IMG/VR virus record: IMGVR_UViG_3300017739_000002
DNA from: an uncultured virus (IMG/VR IMGVR_UViG_3300017739_000002)
Lineage: Duplodnaviria; Heunggongvirae; Uroviricota; Caudoviricetes
Length of the DNA: 64,000 nucleotides
Direction: 5' to 3' (one strand)
The notes below the pieces were generated by a model. That model had not been told where the DNA came from. It searched no databases and saw only the letters and a list, made by a program, of their open reading frames with translations. This document shows, piece after piece, positions 38,067 through 48,480 of the stretch (positions are counted from its first letter, which is position 1; each line of letters begins with the position of its first letter). The translations under genes and the position numbers were made by a program.

Positions 38067-38975
38067 TTACTTAACTTTACTTCCACCAGTTTTAGTTTTA
38101 GTTTTTGCCTTTGGTGAAATAGTTACAGTCTGATTATCGCCTTGTTTTGCAAAAGGTCCTTTTTGTGCGTCTTCTGCTTTGTATGCTTTTAAACTTTCAA
38201 ATGCTTTCTTAAGTACGTTTTTGTTTACTTTGCCTTCTACTTGGGCTTCTTTAATAGTTTTTAGTGCATTAAGATATACAGTTTCAGCAGTCTCTTTCAT
38301 TTCTCTGCCTTCTGCTCCAGCGTCTGCACCTTCAATATCATCACCCATATCCATATCAGGCATTTCATCGCCCATTGGCTCTTCTGCAGGTGCTTCTGGA
38401 TCCATACCCATATCACCAGCTGGTTCCATGTCCATGTCTGTTGGGGCTGGTCCTTGGCCTTGTGCCGCAAGTAATGCATTATCTACACCTTCTTTAGCAC
38501 CTTTAACTGCTTCTAAAGCACCGCTAATAGCCGCTTCTGCTGATGCGTTAAATGCATCTGCTTCTGCTGTACCTACTTCTTCTTTCATTGCAGAATGAAT
38601 ACTCATTAGGTCTTCAACTTGCATACTTGCTAAGTCTTCAGCCATTTTTTGTAAGTCATCACAAAGTTGTCTAGCGGCTAGAAGTACTTCTGCCTGATCT
38701 AGATCTGCTTCTGCAATTACTTCTTCTTCCACATCATCGGCTTCCGCCATTACAGTTTTTAAACCCTGTGCAATAAGAAGTAGTTTTTGCATATCCTTGC
38801 TGGATACGTCCATTCCGCTCTCTTTGAGCTTCTTAATTTTTTGGTCTGTAGCTGTTGCTACTGCTTCCAATTTTGCCTTTGGCATGTTGAAGTTGAAATT
38901 CGTTTCAAACACATCATTTAGTACCGTATGCAATTTGGAAAACTTGTTTGTATTTTCTAAATCGTATAAATTCAT
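38067..38975 (-). CDS. Acidic helical protein, possible prohead core/scaffold component
   Basis: A/E/D-rich helices, DM/EP low-complexity linker, many xxE sites; TAAATA upstream. Confidence 0.6.
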   Translation of the reverse strand: MNLYDLENTNKFSKLHTVLNDVFETNFNFNMPKAKLEAVATATDQKIKKLKESGMDVSSKDMQKLLLIAQGLKTVMAEADDVEEEVIAEADLDQAEVLLAARQLCDDLQKMAEDLASMQVEDLMSIHSAMKEEVGTAEADAFNASAEAAISGALEAVKGAKEGVDNALLAAQGQGPAPTDMDMEPAGDMGMDPEAPAEEPMGDEMPDMDMGDDIEGADAGAEGREMKETAETVYLNALKTIKEAQVEGKVNKNVLKKAFESLKAYKAEDAQKGPFAKQGDNQTVTISPKAKTKTKTGGSKVK

Positions 38976-39020
38976 GTTAACCTCGCTTTAAATTGCTTAT
39001 ACTGTATTTATGTTTTTCTG

Positions 39021-39605
39021 TTAAATTAATGATTTAATTTCACGCTTAATGGTCTTCATCTTACTGACTGCTTGACCTTGTTTTGCAGTATAAACGTCTC
39101 GTTTAAATGACTCTTTTACTTGTTTGGCACGTGATTTGTGTTGTGCCGCCTCTTGTAAGTAACTGTCATATTTCTCATCTAGTGTAATGATTTTATCTGT
39201 AGTTGAACTATTGTCTTCTACATAGTTTTTTAGGACTGCCATTGCACTCTCAAATAAAGCAAGAGTATGAATATTCTTGCCATTATGGGAAATGTTATAG
39301 TATGTTTTATATATTTTAGGAGCCAAATCTTTACGTTCCATTTCAATAACGTATTCTCCCATACTAATCTTATCCTGTTGTTTTGTAGTAATAGCACTCT
39401 CTACAGGTGATTCTGTAAGCATTTTCCTTGTTGCTTTTTCAGTAACGTTGTTTAGTTTATTAAGAATATCGTACATTTCTTTATTCTTTTCATTTACTAC
39501 AACTTTTCCTGCCGCACGATCAGCCTTAATTTGATCTGCGTTTTCAACAGCATTGTTCATTTTTGCCATAATCTGTTCCATGGCTTTAACGTCTGGATTG
39601 CTCAT
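39021..39605 (-). CDS. Hypothetical protein
   Basis: 194-aa ORF, ATGA-coupled. Confidence 0.7.
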   Translation of the reverse strand: MSNPDVKAMEQIMAKMNNAVENADQIKADRAAGKVVVNEKNKEMYDILNKLNNVTEKATRKMLTESPVESAITTKQQDKISMGEYVIEMERKDLAPKIYKTYYNISHNGKNIHTLALFESAMAVLKNYVEDNSSTTDKIITLDEKYDSYLQEAAQHKSRAKQVKESFKRDVYTAKQGQAVSKMKTIKREIKSLI

Positions 39606-39817
39606 TCGAAACTCCTAGGTGCTTGTTTAAAATATGTTTTGCCTTCACGTTGTACTCTGGCACACATACCTTTGTTAACTAATTGTTGTGCTACATATGC
39701 ATCACGCTCTGACATATCTTCCTTGCAAACTTCTTCATGCATCATACATTCATACACTTTATTTTCTAAATTACTTAGAAGTATCATTGTACCACCTGGT
39801 AGTTCATGTGTTTTCAT
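39602..39817 (-). CDS. Small winged-helix-like hypothetical protein
   Basis: ER..YVA.QLVNKG...R pattern. Confidence 0.6.
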   Translation of the reverse strand: MKTHELPGGTMILLSNLENKVYECMMHEEVCKEDMSERDAYVAQQLVNKGMCARVQREGKTYFKQAPRSFE

Positions 39818-40551
39818 TGTATTTCTCCTAGCAGAATTTTTGCAATTCTTTTATGCCCTTCTATAGTAGGATGTCCTGAGAATGGATTGCAAAGTTTTTG
39901 CTCCTTTGCTGTTTTTATCTTCCTATCAGTATCGTCCCACGTACTCATATGGTATTTATCGTTTGGATCATTATCCTGTATCATTTGACTTAATAGACTA
40001 CTACCGTTCCATAACATATTATCTATATTGAAACTGTGATCATTAAAAAAATTATACCATATTAATTTACAACCTACACTATTACAAATGGTTTCTACAT
40101 GTTTCATATCATAAAAACATTTGTGTTTTTGATAATCTAAGTCAAAATAATCTACTGCATACATCTCTGTAAACAAGTTACCTTGTCTAGGTATTGTAAA
40201 TATCTTTGTACCATTAGTTTCATTTTCCCAAAACTCCATTCTATATAAACTTGTGATACCCCAAAGTATTATATCCTCGGGTTCAAATTCAATGTTTATA
40301 TCTGCAACTCTTCCTTGTCCATAATGTATTGAAAAAAATCTACGAAACTGTGTATCATTAGCACCGCCTGGTCTGCTAAAGTCTAAATTCTCTTCAGCAT
40401 CCATTTCTTTTGCCATAATTGATCTAAAGGCATATTGGTCCGCTATTTGCTTATCGCTTTTATTTTTGTGATAATATTCTTGTGTCCAAGATTCGTTATA
40501 GCCTGCACCTACACCATAGGACCAGCTATCACCAAATGTAAGTAAACGCAT
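39814..40551 (-). CDS. SGNH/GDSL-hydrolase-like protein
   Basis: FGDSWSYG, S.PG.AN, GHPTIEGH. Confidence 0.7.
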   Translation of the reverse strand: MRLLTFGDSWSYGVGAGYNESWTQEYYHKNKSDKQIADQYAFRSIMAKEMDAEENLDFSRPGGANDTQFRRFFSIHYGQGRVADINIEFEPEDIILWGITSLYRMEFWENETNGTKIFTIPRQGNLFTEMYAVDYFDLDYQKHKCFYDMKHVETICNSVGCKLIWYNFFNDHSFNIDNMLWNGSSLLSQMIQDNDPNDKYHMSTWDDTDRKIKTAKEQKLCNPFSGHPTIEGHKRIAKILLGEIQ

Positions 40552-40552
40552 C

Positions 40553-41065
40553 TTACTTGCCCATTGCGAGCTGTTTTAGTCTCTCAATTTCCTGTGCGTT
40601 TTGGTTTGCTTGTTGTGAAGCCTGGTTTGCTGTGTCAGCATTTTGTCCACGCTGTACATCATCTGGATCTTGCCCTACTGCATTTGCATTACTGCCTTGT
40701 CCTGTAGGAATTTTGTTTGATCCTGCTGTTGTACGTGTTGCACCTGGACCTCTGCTTTGTTTCATTCCAATATTGTCTGCACGTCTTGCACTATTTGTGG
40801 CCACTTGTGCATTCATTCTATTTGTTGCTCTACTTGGTGTTGCAGTTTGTCCTGTGCCATATGCTTCAGACACTGCACTTAAATCTATGATGTCACCAAA
40901 TGCTTCATCATCTTCATTTGATATTGCATCAACTAATTTTAATGTATCTCTATATGAAAGCATTTTAAGTTGCTTTGATACATCTTCTTGTTTAACTTCC
41001 ATACCGAACTTAACATTTGCATAGTCTATGACTGTATCTATAATGCTGTTGTTTTTAATTTTCAT
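40553..41065 (-). CDS. Hypothetical protein (possible internal head protein)
   Basis: Disordered C-terminal half ending EIERLKQLAMGK. Confidence 0.7.
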   Translation of the reverse strand: MKIKNNSIIDTVIDYANVKFGMEVKQEDVSKQLKMLSYRDTLKLVDAISNEDDEAFGDIIDLSAVSEAYGTGQTATPSRATNRMNAQVATNSARRADNIGMKQSRGPGATRTTAGSNKIPTGQGSNANAVGQDPDDVQRGQNADTANQASQQANQNAQEIERLKQLAMGK

Positions 41066-41355
41066 CTTCCGCCTCTTGCTTTGTTAAGTTGTCTTAATAT
41101 CCTACTTGCAGGATTTAATCTTTTTGTGCGTTGAGCTTTCTTAGCGATTCTAGCACCCATACGTGCTTTCGTTTTCTTCAATGTAAAACGTTTTTTCAGA
41201 TCAATAGGTTTAGAGCATTGGCTAGGTTCACTTACAACTCTACCTTTACGTTTACCCACAGTACAACGAAACTTACGGACAACTTTGTTGCCACGCTTTC
41301 CGTAAACTAATTTTGCTTCTACTACGACGTCTTCGTAGCCTTCAAGTAAAAACAT
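41062..41355 (-). CDS. Basic hypothetical protein
   Basis: Acidic N-terminal leader then K/R-rich; RC..G.RKGRVV..P.QC. Confidence 0.7.
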   Translation of the reverse strand: MFLLEGYEDVVVEAKLVYGKRGNKVVRKFRCTVGKRKGRVVSEPSQCSKPIDLKKRFTLKKTKARMGARIAKKAQRTKRLNPASRILRQLNKARGGR

Positions 41356-41356
41356 A

Positions 41357-41632
41357 TTATCCCGCCGGCGTAATATTAGAATTTAAAAGTAACAAAACAA
41401 TAGTAGACAACAATCCTGCGATAACCGTAGCCGCCGCACCAATCAATACTTTATTATTACTTTTAGAATCTGTAACCTGTTTCTCTGCCATTTCTGAAAG
41501 TGCCTTTTCGACTCTTTCAAACTTTTCTTCAATACGATCTAACTTTTCTTCTAACACGCGATATCTTTCTGCACATAAATCTACATGTGCTTCCAGATTT
41601 TCACGCTCTAGCCTTGACTGTTGCATTGCCAT
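41357..41632 (-). CDS. Coiled-coil protein with C-terminal TM segment
   Basis: LEAHVDLCAERY; hydrophobic C-terminus. Confidence 0.7.
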   Translation of the reverse strand: MAMQQSRLERENLEAHVDLCAERYRVLEEKLDRIEEKFERVEKALSEMAEKQVTDSKSNNKVLIGAAATVIAGLLSTIVLLLLNSNITPAG

Positions 41633-41696
41633 TTTGTTTTATTCCAATGTGTCTCTACTGAGCTGATTTTCACTAATGCTCCTGCATATATTGTAT

Positions 41697-42158
41697 TTAT
41701 AACGAATCACTTGTTTTAAAGTATATATTTTTATTAATGTCAGATGCTGTGTTAAAAAATGATTCAATGCTTGCTGTTTCAGTTAAGCCGTCATGTATTG
41801 GAACTCCATGTACATCTTCATGTGCAAAATACATTTTATCGTCATCTTTTGCAAAAATATCTACAGTTTCTGTTGCAAATTTAAAGACCCATACTGTATG
41901 CTCGCCAGAAAACAGCGAACCAAATTCATAATCATCTAATGTTGTGCTTGAATTTGTAATACTACTAAGCACTAATTGTGTCCTAAGACTTAATGCTTGT
42001 ATAAGACTATTTAAATTTTGTGCTTGTTGAAAACTTACTGTATTGCCTTTAGGATCACTATCACCTGAATCTGTTATATCTACAAGTGAAAATGCTGTGT
42101 AAAAGGTTGTATTACCCGTAAGTACTTCACCAGGCCTATAATTGCCTTTGGTTTCCAT
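41697..42158 (-). CDS. Hypothetical protein
   Basis: LVDIT, Q..N..SL.Q..SLR, PI..GL.ET, NIYF. Confidence 0.7.
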   Translation of the reverse strand: METKGNYRPGEVLTGNTTFYTAFSLVDITDSGDSDPKGNTVSFQQAQNLNSLIQALSLRTQLVLSSITNSSTTLDDYEFGSLFSGEHTVWVFKFATETVDIFAKDDDKMYFAHEDVHGVPIHDGLTETASIESFFNTASDINKNIYFKTSDSL

Positions 42159-42919
42159 TAACTTGGTATTGCTTTACCTATTGCGTAACCAGCCGCAAAC
42201 GCACCAACTTTAGTAGCAATACTTTTTGCAATTTTACCTTTAATACCTGCGCCTAAAATAAAGTTAGAATCTGCGGCAAACTTTGTAAATATCGGAGCCA
42301 TATCGCTACGTCTTGCAAACATTCTATAATATCGATGTAATTGGTTTCCAGCTAGTGCTTGTTGTTGTGATGATAGATTAGGCCAATTTTGTACTAATCT
42401 TCTTGTTGCTTTTAATTTTGGATCTTGTATTTTAAGATCACGTTCTAATTTAAAAAAGAACTGTTGTGCTTGTGATGTATTCACTTGTCCATTCTTTACT
42501 TGATTTAAAAATCTTTTTATTTGTGGTTCTGGAATATTAACTTTGTTCATTAACATTGCATCACGTTCTTTGCCAAATAATGAATCACCTCGTTTTAATG
42601 TAAACATTGTCTGATACAAATCACTGCCACTAGGACTAGGCCTATTAAATCCACCAAATCCCATTGTTCTACGAGCATACTCTTTTGCAACAGGTGCATA
42701 CTTATAGTCTTGACTCATTGTGTACAGACTCATAAGTGTAGCAAACAAATGATCTGCTGTATTTCTTGAACCTTCACGCTTTATTTGATCTTTACTTCTA
42801 AACATACGTGCTTCGCCTAGAGTTTGCATAAACTCTAAACCCTTAGTTGGTTCTTCTGTCATTTCATGGCCACCATACATTTCTGCCCATTGTCTTGCTG
42901 TATATTTTGCATCTGTCAT
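42158..42919 (-). CDS. Hypothetical protein
   Basis: Likely start MTDAKY (ATGA overlap). Confidence 0.7.
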   Translation of the reverse strand: MTDAKYTARQWAEMYGGHEMTEEPTKGLEFMQTLGEARMFRSKDQIKREGSRNTADHLFATLMSLYTMSQDYKYAPVAKEYARRTMGFGGFNRPSPSGSDLYQTMFTLKRGDSLFGKERDAMLMNKVNIPEPQIKRFLNQVKNGQVNTSQAQQFFFKLERDLKIQDPKLKATRRLVQNWPNLSSQQQALAGNQLHRYYRMFARRSDMAPIFTKFAADSNFILGAGIKGKIAKSIATKVGAFAAGYAIGKAIPS

Positions 42920-43056
42920 TTTATGTACTTCTTCATTAACAAATAAATTCCATAACATACAAATAAGTATGCTGTTGCAACACCTACATCAAGTAAGTGT
43001 TCTCTCATATGGTATATAAATTCTATACCTGCTTGAACATCGCCCTGCGTTTCCAT
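42916..43056 (-). CDS. 46-aa small membrane protein, not in the ORF track
   Basis: METQGDVQAGIEFIYHMREH...; TGATG and ATGA overlaps. Confidence 0.6.
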   Translation of the reverse strand: METQGDVQAGIEFIYHMREHLLDVGVATAYLFVCYGIYLLMKKYIK

Positions 43057-44237
43057 CAGTTCTGATTCATCCTTGCATTGGCGGCACTAAAGCCACTTCT
43101 ATTTACCAGTTTTACATCACTGCCTACAACATAACCTTCACCGCCAGGGGTGCCATCTGTTGTTGCTGTAATATCTGCTGGACGCTTATCTAACTGATCA
43201 ATAATTTGATTCTTTACTTTTTGTATTCCACTAATAATCTCAAACATACCGGCAAAAGACTTTTGATGTTTTTGTAAGTATTCTACAATACGTTGTTGTT
43301 TAGGTACACTTACCTTGCTTGACTGTAACCAACTTACAAAGTCGTCTAATCCTAGATTTCCTAAATTTCCTGCTTTTGTGCTTCCATTAATATAAGCGTA
43401 AATGATTTTTGCAAAGTCTGCTACCTTTAAATCAGCAGGAACATTAAGCATGTTATCAATACCAGTTCTAAACTTACTTGAGTATTGCTCTAATTCGTCA
43501 AGTGCAGGAACATCTACATCTGCTGGTTGTGTAACAGTCTGTGGTGGCATTACTAATAACTCACCGTCAACAAAATCTTTAGCATTAACCGGTTCTGTAC
43601 TACCATCCAAGTTAATTTTTGCATGTAATACAACACCTGCACTACTCTGTGCAATTTTTTTACCAATAGTGCTTCTTGGATTTACATGGTATGCTGTTGT
43701 ATTTGGTTGAAACGTAATTCTACCCTTTTCTTCTTTTGGGGAGGCGCCATATAGTAAGTCGCCATGTACGTATCCTCTAAAATCCTTTGGAACAGACGCT
43801 TCAAACTTAGGCCATAAACCTTTCATGTATTCTGCATACGCTTGTCTGTTATCACCCTTACGTCCTACAAGCATTTTTTCCAATGCCTCTGGACTTGTTA
43901 CTTTGCCATCATATGTTGTAGCACCAAATCCACTTTTATCTGTTAAAATAAATTCGCCTTTAGCATTTCTACCAAAAATAACAGCAGGTTTGCCGTCCCA
44001 TTTAATAGTTGTTGCTTGTGGTTGATGTTCTAAACTTTTTAGTGTAGAAATACTTTTATCAATACCCCTACTACCTTGCCATAATACTAAATCTTCCACA
44101 TGATCAATACGGGCACCTTCAGATAGGTTTGAGATATGATCAACATCTCTTATTGAATCACCCTGCTTATGTCTACGTTGTCTATTATTACGTGATAGTC
44201 TTTTTTTGCTACCACTAATTACATCTTTTATCTTCAC
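43056..44237 (-). CDS. Conserved T4-like phage protein (DUF6267-like, ligase-like motifs)
   Basis: H.EDL, TIKWDG.PA..FG, GDLLY, F.PNT, GEGYV, KLVNR..FS.AN. Confidence 0.7.
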   Translation of the reverse strand: MKIKDVISGSKKRLSRNNRQRRHKQGDSIRDVDHISNLSEGARIDHVEDLVLWQGSRGIDKSISTLKSLEHQPQATTIKWDGKPAVIFGRNAKGEFILTDKSGFGATTYDGKVTSPEALEKMLVGRKGDNRQAYAEYMKGLWPKFEASVPKDFRGYVHGDLLYGASPKEEKGRITFQPNTTAYHVNPRSTIGKKIAQSSAGVVLHAKINLDGSTEPVNAKDFVDGELLVMPPQTVTQPADVDVPALDELEQYSSKFRTGIDNMLNVPADLKVADFAKIIYAYINGSTKAGNLGNLGLDDFVSWLQSSKVSVPKQQRIVEYLQKHQKSFAGMFEIISGIQKVKNQIIDQLDKRPADITATTDGTPGGEGYVVGSDVKLVNRSGFSAANARMNQN

Positions 44238-44485
44238 TACAGTTTCCTGACCTTTTTGACTCCACGCATAAACCTATCATTATCACGATTCTTAATACTT
44301 AACATTACACGTTTAGTAAGATCAGAAGCAGTTTCAGCATCATAGTTTGCGTCTATCATTTCTAATAGGTTAATAATAGAACTGATAGCATTTGTACCAC
44401 GACTTTCAAGTATTTGATTTTTATCTCGTCTTGGTTGAATACTGTTTATTTCTTCCAGGATCGATCTTGTGCGTTTCTTCATCAA
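44237..44485 (-). CDS. Hypothetical protein
   Basis: AAGGAG SD and TAAATA promoter. Confidence 0.7.
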   Translation of the reverse strand: MMKKRTRSILEEINSIQPRRDKNQILESRGTNAISSIINLLEMIDANYDAETASDLTKRVMLSIKNRDNDRFMRGVKKVRKL

Positions 44486-44524
44486 AGTAATCTCCTTACT
44501 TGTATTTATCCAATAAATAGTTTT

Positions 44525-45220
44525 ATGCAGATAAAAACAGTTAACGTATTTGGCTGTAGCCAGTCATATGGTGTACCTGAATATACTTTACCAAATGACT
44601 TGGGGCATGGATCCTGGGTTTATTGGCTTAGTGTATGGAATCCAGACATAATTTTTAACAATTACAGTTATCCAGGTACTAGTCTTTTGTATTCATGTCA
44701 TGCTTATGATCAATTTAAAGATTCAGCTGACATAAACATAATACAAATGACTGGTCCTCATAGAATAACTTACTATACACCCTTATTAGATCCTTTTGAA
44801 ATACCTCTTGGTGCTGTTACAGGTAATTATAACAAAATTACTGATCATAAATGGTTCTATAATCACTTTGTATTTAAAACTCACCTAAACGGAACTGAAA
44901 ACGCTGTAGATCATAATCATTGGCATCAAAACTGGTTGCCTTTTGTGCAAGAGTACTGGAAAGTTAAACCTCATTCGTATGGTTTAATAGAACACGTAGC
45001 ACTTATGGACTATTATGGTTCTAGAGCTGACTTTTCTTTCTCCCACGCTAAGATGTTTTCTAAAAAACAACACCCATTTATACCCAACATACTTAATCAA
45101 ATGTCTGATGAAACCTATCTGTCATTTAAATGTGATGAACCCGGCCACTTTAATGAGGCAGGGCACAAGTTTATGGCAAAATGGGTTGCACAGAACACTA
45201 ATCTTGCTTTTTCAGAATAG
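44525..45220 (+). CDS. SGNH/GDSL-hydrolase-like protein
   Basis: FGCSQSYG, NYS.PGTS, GHFNEAGH; TAAATA-N5-ATG start. Confidence 0.7.
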   Translation: MQIKTVNVFGCSQSYGVPEYTLPNDLGHGSWVYWLSVWNPDIIFNNYSYPGTSLLYSCHAYDQFKDSADINIIQMTGPHRITYYTPLLDPFEIPLGAVTGNYNKITDHKWFYNHFVFKTHLNGTENAVDHNHWHQNWLPFVQEYWKVKPHSYGLIEHVALMDYYGSRADFSFSHAKMFSKKQHPFIPNILNQMSDETYLSFKCDEPGHFNEAGHKFMAKWVAQNTNLAFSE

Positions 45221-46574
45221 ATTTCAACCTATCACTTCCTATATTTTCAACAGCCGGTACATTAGGGTTTGTATCTGTATCTGACATTGTTTTTCTTTTA
45301 ATCCTATCATATAAAGCGTTTGTTTCACTTTGTGGTGTAGGTTGATCATCATCTTCTAAATCTGTAATACGTAATCCACTCACATCAAATGCTAGATCTA
45401 CTTTTTGTCCTACACCTGCACTACTACGTGTTTTCATAAACTGTACTTGATACCTACCACGTTCACGCATTGCTTGACTTGTAAAGATACCAATAACATT
45501 ATCTGCTGTCTGAATCTTACTAAGTCCACCACTAATATGGCTGTGATCAAATTCAATCTCTTCTACTGCACTTCTGTTTAACTGTGAGGCTGTTGCAAAT
45601 AGTATATCATGTTCTACTGCAAAGTTACGCAACTCTTCAGAAACAAATTTATCTTTAATAAACAAATCACTTGGACTTACTTTACTTTGTGCTGGCATCA
45701 TAAGATCCAAATAATCTAGTAGGATACCATCAATCTTCATGTTATTCTTTACTTCAAACTCTTTAATGTAACTATTCAAGTCATTTACAGTAATACCATT
45801 AGGCAGTTGTACAATCTGTATCTTACCAGACTTCTTACCTTGCATTCTAATCTTTAAATCTACGTCTTCAACGTTTCTAAACAAGTCTTTTGTTGTATAA
45901 CCTGTCAACATGCTGTCAAGTCGCATACTACATAGCTCTTCACTAAGCTCTAGACTAACGTATATTACATTATAACCTTGTTGAGCCCAATTAAGTGCAA
46001 GATTCTGCAAAAACAAACTCTTACCACCACCAGATGCGGCCGCAAATATGTTTAGTTCGCCTCTATTGAATCCACCATACAGTTTCTGATCAATACCTGT
46101 CCAACCTGTACTTGTTGCACCACGTTGATTGCGTACATGTTCAATACGTTCACCTGGATTCGCAAAATAGTCAGTACCCATGTGCTTTGCAAGACCAATC
46201 TGTACTGCATCTTTAATAATCTTCTCTACTGCACCATAGTCGCTCTTTTCAATTAAGTCTGTACTTGTAAGAATAGCACCTTCAAGTGCCTTATGTCTAC
46301 AAAACTTTTCAAATTCATCAATAAACCATTCTTTATGCCTTGCATCTATCTCTTTTACATCATCTAGTTCAACACCAGTTGTTGCTTTAATCTGTTCTAA
46401 TTTAGGAATTGCTCCATATTCGTTAGCATGTTCTTTAATAAAACTTACAGCCTTTCTAATATTCTTATCAAAATACTGTGGCTCACATATTCCATTGACC
46501 CTTACAAATAAATCTTGATCTTTTGCCATAAACTCAATAAAAAGTTTCTGTAAGTCTAAATTATAATCGTTCAT
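45198..46574 (-). CDS. DnaB-like replicative helicase (T4 gp41-like)
   Basis: STGW..ID..L.GG, AASGGGKS, SLELSE, LDYLDLM, TASQLNR, MKTR. Confidence 0.93.
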   Translation of the reverse strand: MNDYNLDLQKLFIEFMAKDQDLFVRVNGICEPQYFDKNIRKAVSFIKEHANEYGAIPKLEQIKATTGVELDDVKEIDARHKEWFIDEFEKFCRHKALEGAILTSTDLIEKSDYGAVEKIIKDAVQIGLAKHMGTDYFANPGERIEHVRNQRGATSTGWTGIDQKLYGGFNRGELNIFAAASGGGKSLFLQNLALNWAQQGYNVIYVSLELSEELCSMRLDSMLTGYTTKDLFRNVEDVDLKIRMQGKKSGKIQIVQLPNGITVNDLNSYIKEFEVKNNMKIDGILLDYLDLMMPAQSKVSPSDLFIKDKFVSEELRNFAVEHDILFATASQLNRSAVEEIEFDHSHISGGLSKIQTADNVIGIFTSQAMRERGRYQVQFMKTRSSAGVGQKVDLAFDVSGLRITDLEDDDQPTPQSETNALYDRIKRKTMSDTDTNPNVPAVENIGSDRLKSILKKQD

Positions 46575-47584
46575 CTACAATAACCCCTCGCTAACACTTT
46601 AATTTTTGTTGTATTTGTTACAACACTATCTAATATACTACGCACAGTATATAGTCTTCCATACTTCATCGCGGCATCCGCGGCGTCTTTACAATTATCC
46701 CATTCAGGAAATGCAACACCCCAACCTCTATCTATTGCCTTATTAACCATTTTCATACCAGCACTGTCTGCATCCGGTAATACTATAACACGTTTGTTCA
46801 AACTGTCAATAATATTCGCCTGATCATCATTAATATTATTACTTCCTATAGCAACACCATCAGTAAAGATAGCATCTAATTGTCCTTCTGTTACAATCAC
46901 TACGTTTTTATCTTTAGATTGACTATCAAGTCCATACACAAAATTACTTTTAGGTTGTTGATTGTAATACTTCGGCATACCCTCCGGAGGATTGCCGATC
47001 CATCTCGCAGTATAACCTACAGGAATACCTTTATAAAAGAAAGGCACAATAAAACGCTTATACATTCTTGCAGGTGTTTTGGTATCACTATACCATATTC
47101 TGTTATCTGTTATGTCAAATCCACGTTCATACAAATACTCAACTGCATTTACAAAATCTGGACTACCACCAGCATAGTCTTTAATAGGAACAGCACCTTC
47201 TGGCAATGCCATTTTGCCCCAATCAATAATTACTGGCTCATTTCTTTTCTTTTGTTTTAAAAGTAGTGTTGCTACATCTTGTTCTTTTAATAGTTCAAGT
47301 TGAAGTCGTTGTATATCACTTTCTTCAATACCAAACTGCTTCATAAGACGTTTTAATCTACTGCTAAAGTATTTGCCTTCAGCCCAGCCAGTTGTATAGT
47401 TACAATTAAAACAGTTGTACCTAAACTTATCTTCTTCAAATAAGAATCCGCCTCTACCCTTTGTATCAGGACGGCTTTCACCATTCTGTACACACATAGG
47501 ACAGTTACCGGATACCCAACCTGTAGGGTTAGAGCTCCAGTTCGCAGGAATCATATTTCTTACGAAGTCTAATACTAATGTCAT
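46571..47584 (-). CDS. DNA primase (T4 gp61-like)
   Basis: CPMC..CFNC zinc motif, YL.ERG, KY, EGQLDA, DAD.AG, KD. Confidence 0.9.
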   Translation of the reverse strand: MTLVLDFVRNMIPANWSSNPTGWVSGNCPMCVQNGESRPDTKGRGGFLFEEDKFRYNCFNCNYTTGWAEGKYFSSRLKRLMKQFGIEESDIQRLQLELLKEQDVATLLLKQKKRNEPVIIDWGKMALPEGAVPIKDYAGGSPDFVNAVEYLYERGFDITDNRIWYSDTKTPARMYKRFIVPFFYKGIPVGYTARWIGNPPEGMPKYYNQQPKSNFVYGLDSQSKDKNVVIVTEGQLDAIFTDGVAIGSNNINDDQANIIDSLNKRVIVLPDADSAGMKMVNKAIDRGWGVAFPEWDNCKDAADAAMKYGRLYTVRSILDSVVTNTTKIKVLARGYCR

Positions 47585-47590
47585 GTAGTT

Positions 47591-47619
47591 ATATTACAGT
47601 CTAAATACGACTTTGTCAA
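47591..47619 (-). promoter_or_regulatory. Sigma70 promoter, probably leaderless (primase)
   Basis: TTGACA-N17-TAATAT-N6-ATG. Confidence 0.7.
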
Positions 47620-48418
47620 CCGATCCAGTGCCTGTATCATGTCGTGTTCTAAGCCACTTAACATTGCTTCTAATGCTAAATGGTTCAACACCAGTGAAGG
47701 AATTAAAATAGTGGTGGTCAAGAATTGCTCCAAGTTCAATATTAAACCAGTCAGTTGTGTCAGGGTAGTCGCTTAAACTACCTTGTAAGAAGAAATTGCC
47801 TGTATATCCTGTTGCGTATACAGCCAATGTAATTAATCCACGACGTTTATAATAGTAGTGTGGACCTTCTGTACGTTCACTTACTTGCAAGTCTAATGCA
47901 CTATCCAATTGAAATGTATCTACAGTTGCGGTTGTTAAGGGTACAGCATGTGCCGCTTCTGAAATCTCACAAATAAGGTTTGGTCTGTAATTTACATCTG
48001 CATATAATGGTAATGTTAATCCTCTACCATCCTTATAAGTTAGTACAACGTCATAGTTACCAACTTCAGCAAAAGCAATCTCACCAGGATTTACAATTAA
48101 TCTTACAGAACCTTGATCTGGATCAATAGTTTGACATTTCTTACTGAAAAGTCTACCCTTACTGCCACGCTCTACAAAAGTAGCATAAAACTCCATACCA
48201 TGAATCTTGAATACTTTTCTATCTTGATTTTTTATAAAAAAGAAAAACTCATTGTCAATATGTTTAAACGCCATTAGTTTTCTGTAATTTAATGGTGATT
48301 GAACAGTGGTGCCTTTACTTGCACCGTATCTACTTGTGCCTGGTGAATTACCTTGATCTTGTATTGCAAATAAATCACCACCTTGTGTGACATTGTAACT
48401 TGTACTATAATTGGACAT
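47594..48418 (-). CDS. Hypothetical beta-rich (possibly structural) protein
   Basis: TAAATA promoter and GAGGT SD. Confidence 0.7.
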   Translation of the reverse strand: MSNYSTSYNVTQGGDLFAIQDQGNSPGTSRYGASKGTTVQSPLNYRKLMAFKHIDNEFFFFIKNQDRKVFKIHGMEFYATFVERGSKGRLFSKKCQTIDPDQGSVRLIVNPGEIAFAEVGNYDVVLTYKDGRGLTLPLYADVNYRPNLICEISEAAHAVPLTTATVDTFQLDSALDLQVSERTEGPHYYYKRRGLITLAVYATGYTGNFFLQGSLSDYPDTTDWFNIELGAILDHHYFNSFTGVEPFSIRSNVKWLRTRHDTGTGSVDKVVFRL

Positions 48419-48480
48419 GTTTATACCTCATATTGTATTTATTCAAATCAGAGCAAAATTTAGATACTAAATATCTAGTG

